Assembly: GCA_051294905.1 (NCBI GenBank)
Contig: CM119378.1
Location: 1,552,001 to 1,616,000 of the forward strand
Reading direction: 5' to 3'
DNA from: Botryllus schlosseri
Taxonomy: Eukaryota
Length of the DNA: 64,000 nucleotides
Each line of letters opens with the position of its first letter. The first letter of the stretch is position 1. The notes under the pieces are model-generated. The model had not been told where the DNA came from. It saw only the letters and a list, made by a program, of their open reading frames with translations, and did no database searches. Positions 38,836 through 50,236 of the stretch are shown here, in pieces. Position numbers and translations under genes: made by a program.

Positions 38836-40051
38836 GAAATAGCATGTCTAGTCTACATACAAGTATGCAAGGACTAGGACTTGCAGTCTTTCATAATCAT
38901 TTGGGCCTTGTTTTAAGCATGTTCGTTTTAAATTGCTTCCAGTTTTAAATGCAACCCTCACTACACCACGGTACATATAAATTGCCTGCTGATGCGGATC
39001 CGCTAAAATTCGAAAATTATGTCTCAGCATTCACAATTCGCAATGTAGAGGTAGGCCTGTATAGGACTCGCGAAAACCTAATACCACAATGCATTGCGAA
39101 GAATACAGCCACAACGTCGTCAAATCTGCATCGGCGCGACAGAAGATACTTTGGGGTATCGGTATCGATATTAACCTGAGAAATATATTTTGCTGTATTT
39201 TACCTGTGTTTCAATCCATTTTCTTTTCGTGGTGTCCGATTTCAGCCTTGAAAGTATTTTATTTATTTTATTCATTTATATATAACACCATCGTTTTGAC
39301 GAGACTATTTCAATTGTGTTGAATCATTCCCAGCAAATCAGTGTCAAATTAATCAGCAATTTCATTGTCTCAACTCTATCACATCCCAGGTATCAAGATG
39401 TAAACCCGTGAAAAAGCATCAGGCATTCCTGAAACACGACATTCGGTCATATCAAAGCATCGAAATTTGCCACCGTAAATAATAAATTAACAAAAATGGT
39501 CGAAATTTCAATTTAAGATTGCGCCCTTCAATGGTCGGAATTGACCCAAATTATTTGTGCAGAGTTTTCTTAGACAGTCTGACACTTTTATCACTAAGCG
39601 AGTGAAATTGAAAAAAAATTAAACAACCCTACTTTGTAGCTCTAATTCTAATATCATTTAGAAAAACAGTAGCTCTTATTTTAATCGAATTCTAAAAAGC
39701 TGAAAACTTTCTATATGTCCAGGTCTGGACGTGACTTCGTTTCCGGTCGGTCAAGGACTTTTACCTATTTTAATGGTTTTGATTATTCTGATCTCAGTTG
39801 ATACAATTGTAAATAACGAGTTACTTATATGAAAGTATTTTGATAAAGCTACCACATCGAAGCAGAAAGATACAGCAACATCTTGAGCGCATACATATAT
39901 ATAGAAGAATACGTTCAGGACGGGTTCATTGCTGGGACAGGTAAGTTGATCCATTTGGAAACATTCTCATTCAGGTGGGACCCTCAAACTTTTCTCCCAT
40001 TCTGACCCTGCCTTTGTTTTTAGTTCATGTGACTCCATACCAAACTGGCAG

Positions 40052-40304
40052 AATCGGACTCCGATTTACGAGAGAGAATGGAGAAGTTGGTAGAATATTG
40101 CAAGAAAATTAAAGACGAAATATCACAGGTCCCGCCGCCCGTAACTTTACAAATATATCTTCCTGTTTTCTATTTTCCTTGATCAATCTTCTGAAGTCGA
40201 TAGATAGTTTCATCTTGGAACTGCAGTTGCGAAAGAAATGTCTGTTCGAGGAAGTAGACGCGTTAATGGCCACGGAAAGCAACAGCAAGCACAAATCTAT
40301 AAAA
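40052..40304 (+). pseudogene. Possible coiled-coil exon pair (disrupted)
   Basis: SDSDLRERMEKLVEYCKKIKDEISQ|53-nt gap|INLLKSIDSFILELQLRKKCLFEEVDALMATESNSKHKSIK|gtaagt. The gap starts GT but ends TG rather than AG. Amphipathic helical pattern only. Confidence 0.3.
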
Positions 40305-41631
40305 GTAAGTGAATCTGCGAAAAAAAAACACCGGTGGCGCCGCACAAACCAAAAACCTTTTCAGTTCACAAATGGCGACAAAAATGTTGTGCTTTCCGCA
40401 ATACGCAATTTCGGTGTCGTTTATGATTATCCGCAGCTCGCATCGGGGTGTGACTTATCTCCGCAAGGGGTGCCAAGAGGCACGACTGGCGGCCCAGCAA
40501 TATCAGGTTTGCTCAAATTCTTGAATGGGTTATGTTCAGAATTGCAAGCATCAGGGAAGCATTCACGTTATATGCTGAATTGTTAATTAAATGATGCGGC
40601 GTTTAGCTAATCCTAATGCTACAGGGACGCCTGTTTTTTTTTATCGTAGTAAAAATATGTTTAGCTATCGTTATAACCAACACCGTATAGCATGAGGTAG
40701 GATACCATTGTGCAGTTGGCATATAATTCTTGATTGCGTGTCATGCAAGACACTTCTATCTGTCAATGGGGGTCAGTACCGAAGTAATCAATCACTCTAA
40801 TACTATAATATTCATTGTGCATTTTTTTCCTTCTAGGAATTGGGTGTCAATGTCGCCAACTTGTTCCTAATGGTGAACGGAATAAGACTGTAATACAATT
40901 GTTGGATGCAGACATGGGGTGGGGTACTTCATGAATGTAATCGATTGCGATTACGATTACTTATGAATCTCGCGATTACGATTACAATTACGATTACAGT
41001 TAAATCATGAAGTAGACCAGTGGTCGGGAACCTTTTTCGTTTGAAGAGCCATGTTAGCCCTATACTTTCCATTTTAACTCCCAAAGAGACATACATGTCA
41101 ATCAATTGTTACGTCACAATCAAAAATTCGTGACGTCATCATAGTACTAATTCAAGCTCACTACATGGGATTCGCCGTGAGCGCCATATTTTCTCTGTAC
41201 AAACTCGTAGGCTACTAATCATCCTGTGATAGCGCAATTCATCGTAAATAACCCATAATTTATATTTACTGGTTTTAATCTAAATACCTATAGCACTGAT
41301 TCCGAAAATCTAGATATTGATCGACTTCTCCATTCGGCGGTAACATCAACGTTGCACTACACGCCTAAATTTTAACGGCAGGAAAGCTACGGGAAAGCTA
41401 CTAATCCATTCGGACGTGGATAGCGAAGCGTTGTTTGTAATTTGAATTTGTAATTGGAAGGTCACTTTCAAGACAGTTCATTTTTCGGCGTAGATCAGGA
41501 AGACAATATGACAACTTGGTGCCTAAAAATAAACTTTTTGCCTCTGACTGACAACTTTTTACATGAAAAAAACTTTATTTTAACTTAATCTGGCATTCTG
41601 CAGAATTCCATTAGTTACATTACGCATTGTG

Positions 41632-41814
41632 TTAGAAATAATTAAAAAAATTGTGGTACATCAAAAGAGACTGTCCAACATTCTCTGGTAGAAAGTGTAT
41701 GTCCTTACTAACTAGCTTTCCATTAATGGAAAAAGAGCGTTCAACAGCAGCAGTTGTAGGCTGACAACACTGAAGTTGTGCGTACGCTGCTGGTGACAAA
41801 ACGTGTTGCTTCAT
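41632..41814 (-). pseudogene. hAT transposase C-terminal dimerisation-domain remnant
   Basis: CQPTTAAVERSFS motif (PxTSxxVERxFS consensus). A similar decayed remnant lies at ~37060-37220 (+). Confidence 0.6.
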
Positions 41815-41838
41815 TCTGGCAATGACGTATAGGCTACT

Positions 41839-42662
41839 CAGGGGTCATCAACACGCGGCCCGCGGGCCGCATGCGGCCCGCGAGGTCATATTCTGCGGCC
41901 CGCGACTTGATTTGAGATTTCGGAAGAAAGCTAAGAAAACACTTTGAAATGTTGAAATTGACGTGCAATGGTACAAACACTGCCAAGACCGAGACGCTTA
42001 GAAAACGGCTTAGGGTAGAAGTACTGAAACTGGGGGCTTAAAAGCAGCTGAAGGGGGCGCGAAGCTGCGGTTAACTGAAAATTTTTTCGCGCCGAGCGCG
42101 ATTTACCTCGAACTCATAGTTATAGATTGCTCTGTGTATAATCCAGAATTCATTAGAATTCTCTCATGAACATTCGTAACCTTCCATGCCATCGAACTAT
42201 CTGTTGGTATTACTAGCACGATGGATGCATTTTGTGATATGACGATAAGGGGGGGGGGGCGCGTAATTTTTCAGTATCATAAAGGGGGCATGTCTAAATA
42301 GGATTGAGAAGCACTGGCTTAGGGCTTCCCCACACGATCTAGCTTTACGTGGAGATCGTCTTTCAGCTAGTAACGTATCTCGCTAGCCCCCAAAAGCGTT
42401 TCCAGGTATATCCTGCACAGCTCAGAGTTCAAAATAAAATGAAATTGATTACCGTGATCCTTTATTGTATTTTGAGTCCTTAAAATATCACTTCTTTTGT
42501 TTTCAATATGCCAATTGCCTATGTTAGGTAGTACAGTGTGGTACTGACGTAGAGTTTCAAAACGTGGTTGAATACTTGATATCGATATAGAATTCATGCG
42601 GCCCGCGGCCGCTACAAAATTTGAAAAGTGGCCCGCGACCCGATTTGAGTTGGCGACCCCTG
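41839..42662. mobile_element. hAT MITE carrying a nested ~300-bp MITE (42016-42316)
   Basis: Outer ends caggggtcatcaac / gttggcgacccctg with gcggcccgcg motifs. The inner element has an exact TSD gcttaggg. Confidence 0.7.
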
Positions 42663-43656
42663 GGCTACATCATCATGCTGCACGTGCGCGCTGCTTCATC
42701 GCGTCAACCACAGTCATGAACTATCGCATATACAACACGCAAGATGTAATCGCTGGCTTAAACGCTACAGTCCAACAGGCGTGGTGCGCACTGAATGCAG
42801 GGGGCGTACTAATTTAGGGTGGAGTGAAAATAACTTTTTTTTCAAATCAAAAAAGGGGGTTCTTCCCGACAAATGAATTCAATAAAAAATTGATTTTTGG
42901 AATTGCCCAACTTTTCAGCTGGCAATCCCCAATTTCTGCGCGGGAGGGGGTGAAATTGCCCATCACGACAACCACTAGTCGTAGAGTCATGATATATAGC
43001 TCAAAAGCTGCAGAAACATCATGTTTATATAAGTCCTAAGAAGAAAGTTTTATCTATTGTGAACACAAAACGAGTTACAGCCAAAAAACACTAAAATTTT
43101 GAAGAGAGTAAATGGCGGGAGTTACTATGTTACATGTTAGTGTGATTTACTCAAGAACAGCAAAATAAATCAATCTCATTATGTACAAACGTACCGTCGT
43201 AGGCCTACGTACGAACAGCAAACTGACTCAGCAGGAGACGGCGTGCTGTGCTGCTCGTTAATTGGCAGCGCGTTACAATGATAATACGAATTACTGGGCG
43301 CGATGGCTGAAAGTGATGTGCGATTGGAAACAAAATGGAGAAAGGTGTGATTTCAAGTTTTCTATCGAGGAAGATTTTTTCCAGGGCTTGTTGTACCCAT
43401 GTATAATACGCACCTCCCCTATTTTAGGGAAAAAATATCGGCACAATTTTGCGCATTATACATGGAAAATTGCGGTAACTACTTATAAATTCTAGCTGTT
43501 CCGTTTGATACGCAAGCCAATCCATTTGATACGCAAGCCAAAACAAACAAAAAGTCCATGGCAATATTACTAATGGTATGCTAGTGCAACATTGGTGAAT
43601 GCCTACACTTTGTACATATACAATTAATAGTGACGCAATTGTACGTTCTATTTTAG

Positions 43657-46600
43657 ATCAATCATCTGATACCGACGAATCATCTAGCACTGACAGTGAC
43701 TCTATTGACGTATCCGATGAAACCGGTACATTTTCTAAGAATTTTAAAAATACGTTTTCAAAATATGTTTCCGAATTATGTAGTATCTTGATTTCGTAGC
43801 TAATTCATTTTTGGTATTGATAAGCTTGCGTTCATTGTTTCATCGGGATCATGAAGACTTTTGAAAAGAGCGTTACATCATTTGTCACAGCATGCAGTTA
43901 GACGTTTCCAAAGTATTTATAGGTCAAGAAAGTAATAGGCCTACCTAAATGAACATAAAAGTTATTGGTTTCATCAAAATAGCTAAAAAAAAGGATTGGC
44001 TTATTTACGATTGTATAAATTTAAATTTTGCAGAATTGAAGAACCTCTCCGATACTATTGTGATGTTTCCACAGAGATGCTTGAGCAAGTGCAAAAATGT
44101 GTACCAAGGAGAAATATTAAGTCGTGTACTGAGTAATCGCCAATGTGCAATTAAATTCCCGCAAGAAACTGATCAGACTAACAAAGAAGTGAAGATTCTC
44201 GAAAAACTTGGAACGCATACGCACGTGATATCACTCATCCAATCTGGCGCCGTCGACAGCATATTCAATGAGAGATTTCTAGTGTTGGAGTTATGCTGTA
44301 AAGATGATTTGAATCAATATTTAACAAACACATCTTACAACTTGCAACTGAGTTTGAGATACTGCATACAAATTATCGAAGGCATGAAATACATTCACGA
44401 TAAATGTATTATCCACAAAGACTTGAAACCTGCAAACATTTTGCTCACACTGGACCAGCAACGTGTAAAAATTGCCGATTTTGGTATAAGCCAGGAAATC
44501 AAGTCGAAACGTTCAATGGTTTTTTGTGAATATAGGTTTGGTACTGTTGGATACCGCTCTCCTGAAAGTTTTGGAAATGCTTACATATCATTAAAATCAG
44601 ACACTTTCTCTTTGGGAGCTCTATTTCACTACATTATGAGCTATGGAAAATCCTCATTCGGACCTGAGCCGGATTTGAGGGATTCCAATATAATTAAGGG
44701 GAATGTCCGTATTGCTCACCTATTAGTTCCGAACCCTAATACCTTTTCACACTTATTCAAATTGATGATGAGCAAAGAACGCCGCTACCGCCCGACTATT
44801 TGGCAGATTGAAGATCATCCCTGTTGGAGATTAGAAGACCATGATTGTGAATTTGGTAAATACCAGATAACATATTCCTTCATCATACGCCATAATTCCA
44901 ACGAAAATTAAGTTGCTTTTGTCTTATTTTGTTATCCTTACGTTACCAACAAAATGGCAGAGTTTTTTTTTGTGTATTTGGTTTCCTTCGCTGTTGTACA
45001 CAGATTCGTTTTCGACATTTTAGTGTGTTTCAGTGCTAGGGTCATGGATAAGAGCAGCGTCTTGATCAATATTGGCAATTCTTAATGATGGTAAAGTATT
45101 CAACTGATAAATATTCAGCAATTGGATTCTTTAGGTCTCTCTCTATCGCAATCTTGTTTAATTTTGGAAGATCACACTTATAGTGGGAAAGACATCATTC
45201 CGACCACGGTAGTCTTCATGATAAAACTCTTAACACAGTGGAGTCGATATTTTTTCATTTTATTTTTGTGATGTTGCTATCAAATGCCCCTGATTATTTT
45301 TTGTTCATACGATGCTGTACATATATTTTCAAAGTTTTGCCATATTCCATTGTCTGGTTCGTGTGCAAGGGCAGCCTTCACTAGATTTAAATGGGCAATA
45401 ATAAGGATAAGAAAGCGGGTGAATTTTGTTCATCTGACCTTTGCTTCATAACCTCAATCTCATTCAGGTTTGTAACCAAGTCCCAAGGCTCCGAGTCACA
45501 AGTGACTTTAATAGTTTTGACTCGAGTCAAATCGAGTCATTTTCAATTCATCACCGAGTCACATCGTAGTCCAAGTCATTGAGCAACAAGTCGAATCCGA
45601 GTCATAGTATTAAGTCTTGAGTCTGAGTACAAGTCGTTTACTGTTCAGTATCGATTTCAAGTCAGGTCCAACTTACTTTTATGAAACGCTTGAATGAAAG
45701 TCTCGAATAATAATATGCTCATTTTTCACACTCTAAAGAAAACAGTTAAATACGGTTTCTGGGCCTATTTTGCAGTTATCGGTCCTGATCCATACGAGAC
45801 TTGGATAATTTATGTATAGTTATGTTGAGTCATATGACTTGGTCCAACACTAGTACAAGTCAAGTCAATACACAAATTGACCCGAGTCGAGTCAAGTCGA
45901 GTCAAAAAGAAAGTACAAGTCATTACAACCCTTAGCTCATTTACTGGGACAATTCATCATTATAACTATGGTAGCGTTCGGTATAAATCCCTGGCTATAA
46001 TCTTATAGAGCGTTATATGATAATTCTATTCAACAATTGGAACTCCTCTGATTCTATCTTCAACCAATACATTTACTTGATGTGGTATTCAGTTATTTTT
46101 CATTTGTGAATGTGCAAACATCCCACTGTGAATATTATTGCTGGCAAGCAAAGGGGTACTTCCGTCGATGTTTTATCAATAAAAATTCCATTAACATTGC
46201 GCCGCCTCATGTGATGAGTAGTGATCGTACTGATGAGTGTTCCTATTCACAATGGTGTGCAGAATTCGCATGGACTAATGTCGATGACATCGACATCTGC
46301 AACATGTTACGTTTTGAGTCCATCCCATTTTTAGTAGTCTCTATGCATCCCACTATGTAGTCCAGTGGTTTCCAAACTGTGAGCCGCGGCACGCTGATGT
46401 GTCACCTACAGGCTTGGCGGTAGTAATCCCGTTTCAGTGATTTTGGCTTGGCCATCTAAACATTTTTGTGATGAGCCTGTTCGGTTATTTTCGTAGTAGT
46501 CGACCCTTTTTGGTAATTCCAACACATTGGATGAAATAGAGGGATGAGGCTATATTCCTCTTCTTCATCATTAGACTGAAACAAAATATGGATGTCAATT

Positions 46601-46762
46601 TTTTTTTAGATTATGGATGTGTGGATGAGATCGATGACTCAAATGATGAAAGAGCTCATTCGCCACAGGTAGAAGTTGTTGACCCATTCGATGAATTTGC
46701 CAATTTAAGTGAGATGCTCAAAATTCTGGAAGCAGAGGAAGAAAGAATACAGAATAATATGG
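43657..46762 (+). CDS. IRE1/RNase L-related Ser/Thr protein kinase gene (partial model)
   Basis: Phase 1-1 exons 43657-43725 (acidic/Ser-rich), 44034-44855 (whole kinase domain: CAIK, KEVKIL, IIHKDLKPANIL, DFG, GTVGYRSPE, DTFSLG, FHYIMSYGKSSFG..RDSNIIKG, RPT..HPCW) and 46610-46762 (acidic/helical). All have canonical GT-AG sites. Confidence 0.75.
45465..45933. mobile_element. hAT MITE with gagtc/gactc subterminal arrays
   Basis: Ends caggtttgtaa / ttacaaccctt; TSD atctcatt/agctcatt. Similar gactc arrays at ~26000-26130 and ~32650-32810. Confidence 0.6.
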
Positions 46763-47948
46763 GTAAGTAAAAAGCCTGTAACTAACATGTACATGTATAA
46801 GTACCCAATATCCAACCTATCCAGGGCTCTTCTGACCACGGACTTATTGTTTAATAAAACTGGTATTAATCTAAGCTCGTGTCGGACTGATTCCGAGAAT
46901 AAAACTCTTGTCGGGACAATGGACCTACCCCGAAATGGCCCCGAAAGTTTGAAAATCGGTATTCTACTAAAAAATCGCTTGACGCAATTGGTCATTATTC
47001 ATTGTCATTGTCATGGTCATTGTGCGGGTTATGCTATTGATCAGTGGCAGATACGAAAGTCATTTCATCAGCCAGGGGCCTGTTGGAAGTGATTCGCGTG
47101 AAGGCTGGTCGCGGACATCAGGCTCCTGATCGACTTTGCAGCAATGCATAGCATGCAAGCGTTACAATGATAAGACTATGTTACAGTATGTATCATTTGA
47201 TCGATTTTTTTATACAACTTTGTTTTACTGGCGCCAAGTTCGAAAATATAAATATTTTTTGTAACATCGATACTTTTGAATTTTTCATACGCCCTTATTT
47301 TTTCTGAAGACTACTTTTACCTACCGGTATGTCAAAATTGTGTTTTTTAGTATTTTTTGAAACTAAAATATGGAATATCTCAAAGAATCGAGCCAATTCG
47401 GAAAAACCAATGTCATTTTTGGATATTGCGACCTGCAAATACCCCAAAACCATTGAAAATTTCTTTGTACCAAAATTTGTGTTGACCAGTGTTATCTTTT
47501 CATAGAAAAAGTATAAAAAGCTAAGATTTACTTCGTACCATGTAATGTCCAAGGGTATATAAAGAGAATGGCCTTTTCAAGGGTGTAAATATATTTTTTT
47601 CTAAAGCCAATCTAGCAAAACTGATGTGAACAGCAACCTTGAAAACCCTAGAAACGGCTCCTAGATGATCTGCCAAAAAAATTATTTGCATTTTATTGAC
47701 CAGTAGGGCATTTTTTTAAAAAACTTTTTTCCTAAATCTTGCTGGCTGGCGATTAAATTGTTAGGTTGCCTAAAAAACGGCGCACACCAAATTGGAAATC
47801 ATTCCAACCGGTGATTGCGGAGTTCTTATAGTTTGAAATTTTTAATTTACTAAAAAATGCCAAAATCTTTTTTTTTTAATTTTTGTTGCACTAAAACGGA
47901 TCATGCTCCTGATTTTTGACAAAGTTCTCTCCAAACGATTCCATTCAG

Positions 47949-49035
47949 AACGACGATCCGTGGCAGAATTCTTGCAGCGATATCGGGACAGAGGACGAGT
48001 GATGAAGTGATTGGCTTTAGTTTCGTCATAAAGCTCGAAATGTAATCGTTTGAATCCGTTCGCAGATGTTTCGGGACTAAAGGCAATGTCGTAGGTCAGG
48101 TGGATTTTCCACAAGGCGTTTGCTCAACGGCCTCTGACGATCTCGTGGTCGCAGATTCCTTCAATCATCGGATTCAGGTTCGTGTTTTGTTTCGACAACT
48201 TTTCTACGCAACAATCGCGCTTCCAGATCTTCGACGTCAACGGACAAGTCAAGGGATGCTTCGGAAGCGAAGGAACAGCAGATGGACAATTCTCGCACGT
48301 GGCAGACGTGTCTGTGACGGCACGCGGACATATTGTCGCCTCGGACTATAGCAATCATCGAATTCAAATATTCGACGAACAAGGAAGGTTCGTTCGGAAG
48401 TTCGGCAGCAAAGGAACAGGTGACGTGTGCGTGACGTCACAGTGGCCAGTGGCAGTGAATTTGGCCCTGTTTCAGGAGACGGAAAACTGAACAATCCTAT
48501 CGGAGTCGCAACGGACGACAAAGGTTTGATCTACGTTTGTGACAGAGGCAATCGCCGAGTTCAAGTCTTTTCGAAGGAGGGAAAGTTCGTTCGGCAGTTC
48601 GCTCCTGAAAGTTTGAAAGATCCGGGTTATATTTCCGTGTCTTCAAACGGCAGAGTACGTGAGATGTTAATCCCATCTGAACTCTCGTGAATTTCCGCCT
48701 TTTCGCAGGTGGTCGTCAGTGACTTCGCCAATAACAAAGTCCAAGTCTTCGATTTGCACGGCCGCCATCTTTTCCAGTTTGGGACGAGAGGAACGGACGA
48801 GGGTCAGTTCAAGAGCCCGCGAGGTGTCGCCACAGACCATCACGGCAACATAATCGTGTGCGACAAGTTCAACAACCGCGTTCAGGTTTTCACGAGCGAC
48901 GGAGAGTTCGTGGCTTGTTTCCAGAGGAAGGGTTCTGATCCTGGTCAGATGAAGGAGCCGACTGGGGTTTGCCTTTTGGCAGACGGACGGGTCGCGGTCA
49001 CTGACAGTGGCAACCACAGAGTGCAGATATTTTGA
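47949..49035 (+). CDS. Six-bladed NHL-repeat beta-propeller (TRIM71/TRIM2/TRIM3/Brat-like C-terminal domain); 5' end unresolved
   Basis: Exons 47949-48006, 48066-48177, 48227-48419, 48476-48654, 48709-49035 with GT-AG introns of 59, 49, 56 and 54 bp. The spliced frame gives six FGxxG..GQF..PxGVA..DxxNHRIQ(I/V)F repeats ending at TGA. Confidence 0.9.
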
Positions 49036-50236
49036 ACAACGTGATTTTGATGTTCTCTCCAGCCACGAGCGTTCCTACGACGCGAGCTTGATCCCGACTC
49101 AATTGCAGTAAATTGGAGTAAATTCAATTGTGGAGTAAATTCATTTGTGGTGGTGTTCTGAAGAATATGGCTGCGGCCAATTTGTATTTTCCATTTCAAC
49201 TTTCAATTTGATACCGCATCATTTTTAGTGCAGCGCCCCTTTAATGGATGAATTCGATCAATAATATCGCTACTTGCATATATTGGGGGTCGCCTCTGTA
49301 GTATAGGCCTACCACTGGGTTCATTTGGCAAGGACACGATTATTCAGCGTTTAGAAGCGAACCCGCCTCCGTCATTTTGTGCAAAGGTCTTCATCGCGGA
49401 CAATGTCGGACGACACGTTATACAGTTCGACTGAATTCTGTAAATTACGCGTATTCATAATTTTCAGGAGTGGGCTAAGGGCCGGAGAGAGTTGAACTAT
49501 AGATTATGACTGGAGTGACGACTCGATTGTTCTCCCATTGTCTGCCCGCAGAATGGTCATGATCAGATAGCTGCACCCAAAATAGCATCACGTTGTACCT
49601 GTTTCTACAGCGGTCAAGGCGGTTTGCGTGTATCTGTCGAAGCTGCGTTCACTTTAGTTTAGGGTTACCATATTTTTGTGGATCAAATTCCGGACACTCT
49701 TCAGCGCCATCTAGCGAATTTTACTATGATGTTTGACATATTGTCTGTCGTTATGACGTAACACTAGCAAGCTATGCCTGACGACCAGAGGTAGTCACGA
49801 TACTGATCAGGAGCGTATGTGGTTGTGTATTAGAACCAGAACCGAAACAAAAAAAACTTCTGCCCCCTTCCGCCCATATAAACACTGATCTTGGGCCCAC
49901 CATAGGGTATTCTATTCAATGCAACGACTACTTCACCTCGGAATAAAAAGCGCGCAATTACAACACACGCGCGTCCTCGAAGAACAAATACCAGCATATA
50001 ATCGAGACTGAATACAACAAAACGCATCGCATTATCAAATATGCCGTGATAATGATGATGAACTTCAGGGCCTAGGGGGCTTACTATATGCATCTGGATC
50101 CTATATTCTTCCGGCCGTAAAATTTTTTGAGAATGAAATATCCCAATAATATTGGTTCTTCCATATATTAATATGAAATGTTGATCCTCTCTCCGCCCAC
50201 GTAATCAAAGTTAGCGGTAGAACTGGTGGAGATGAT

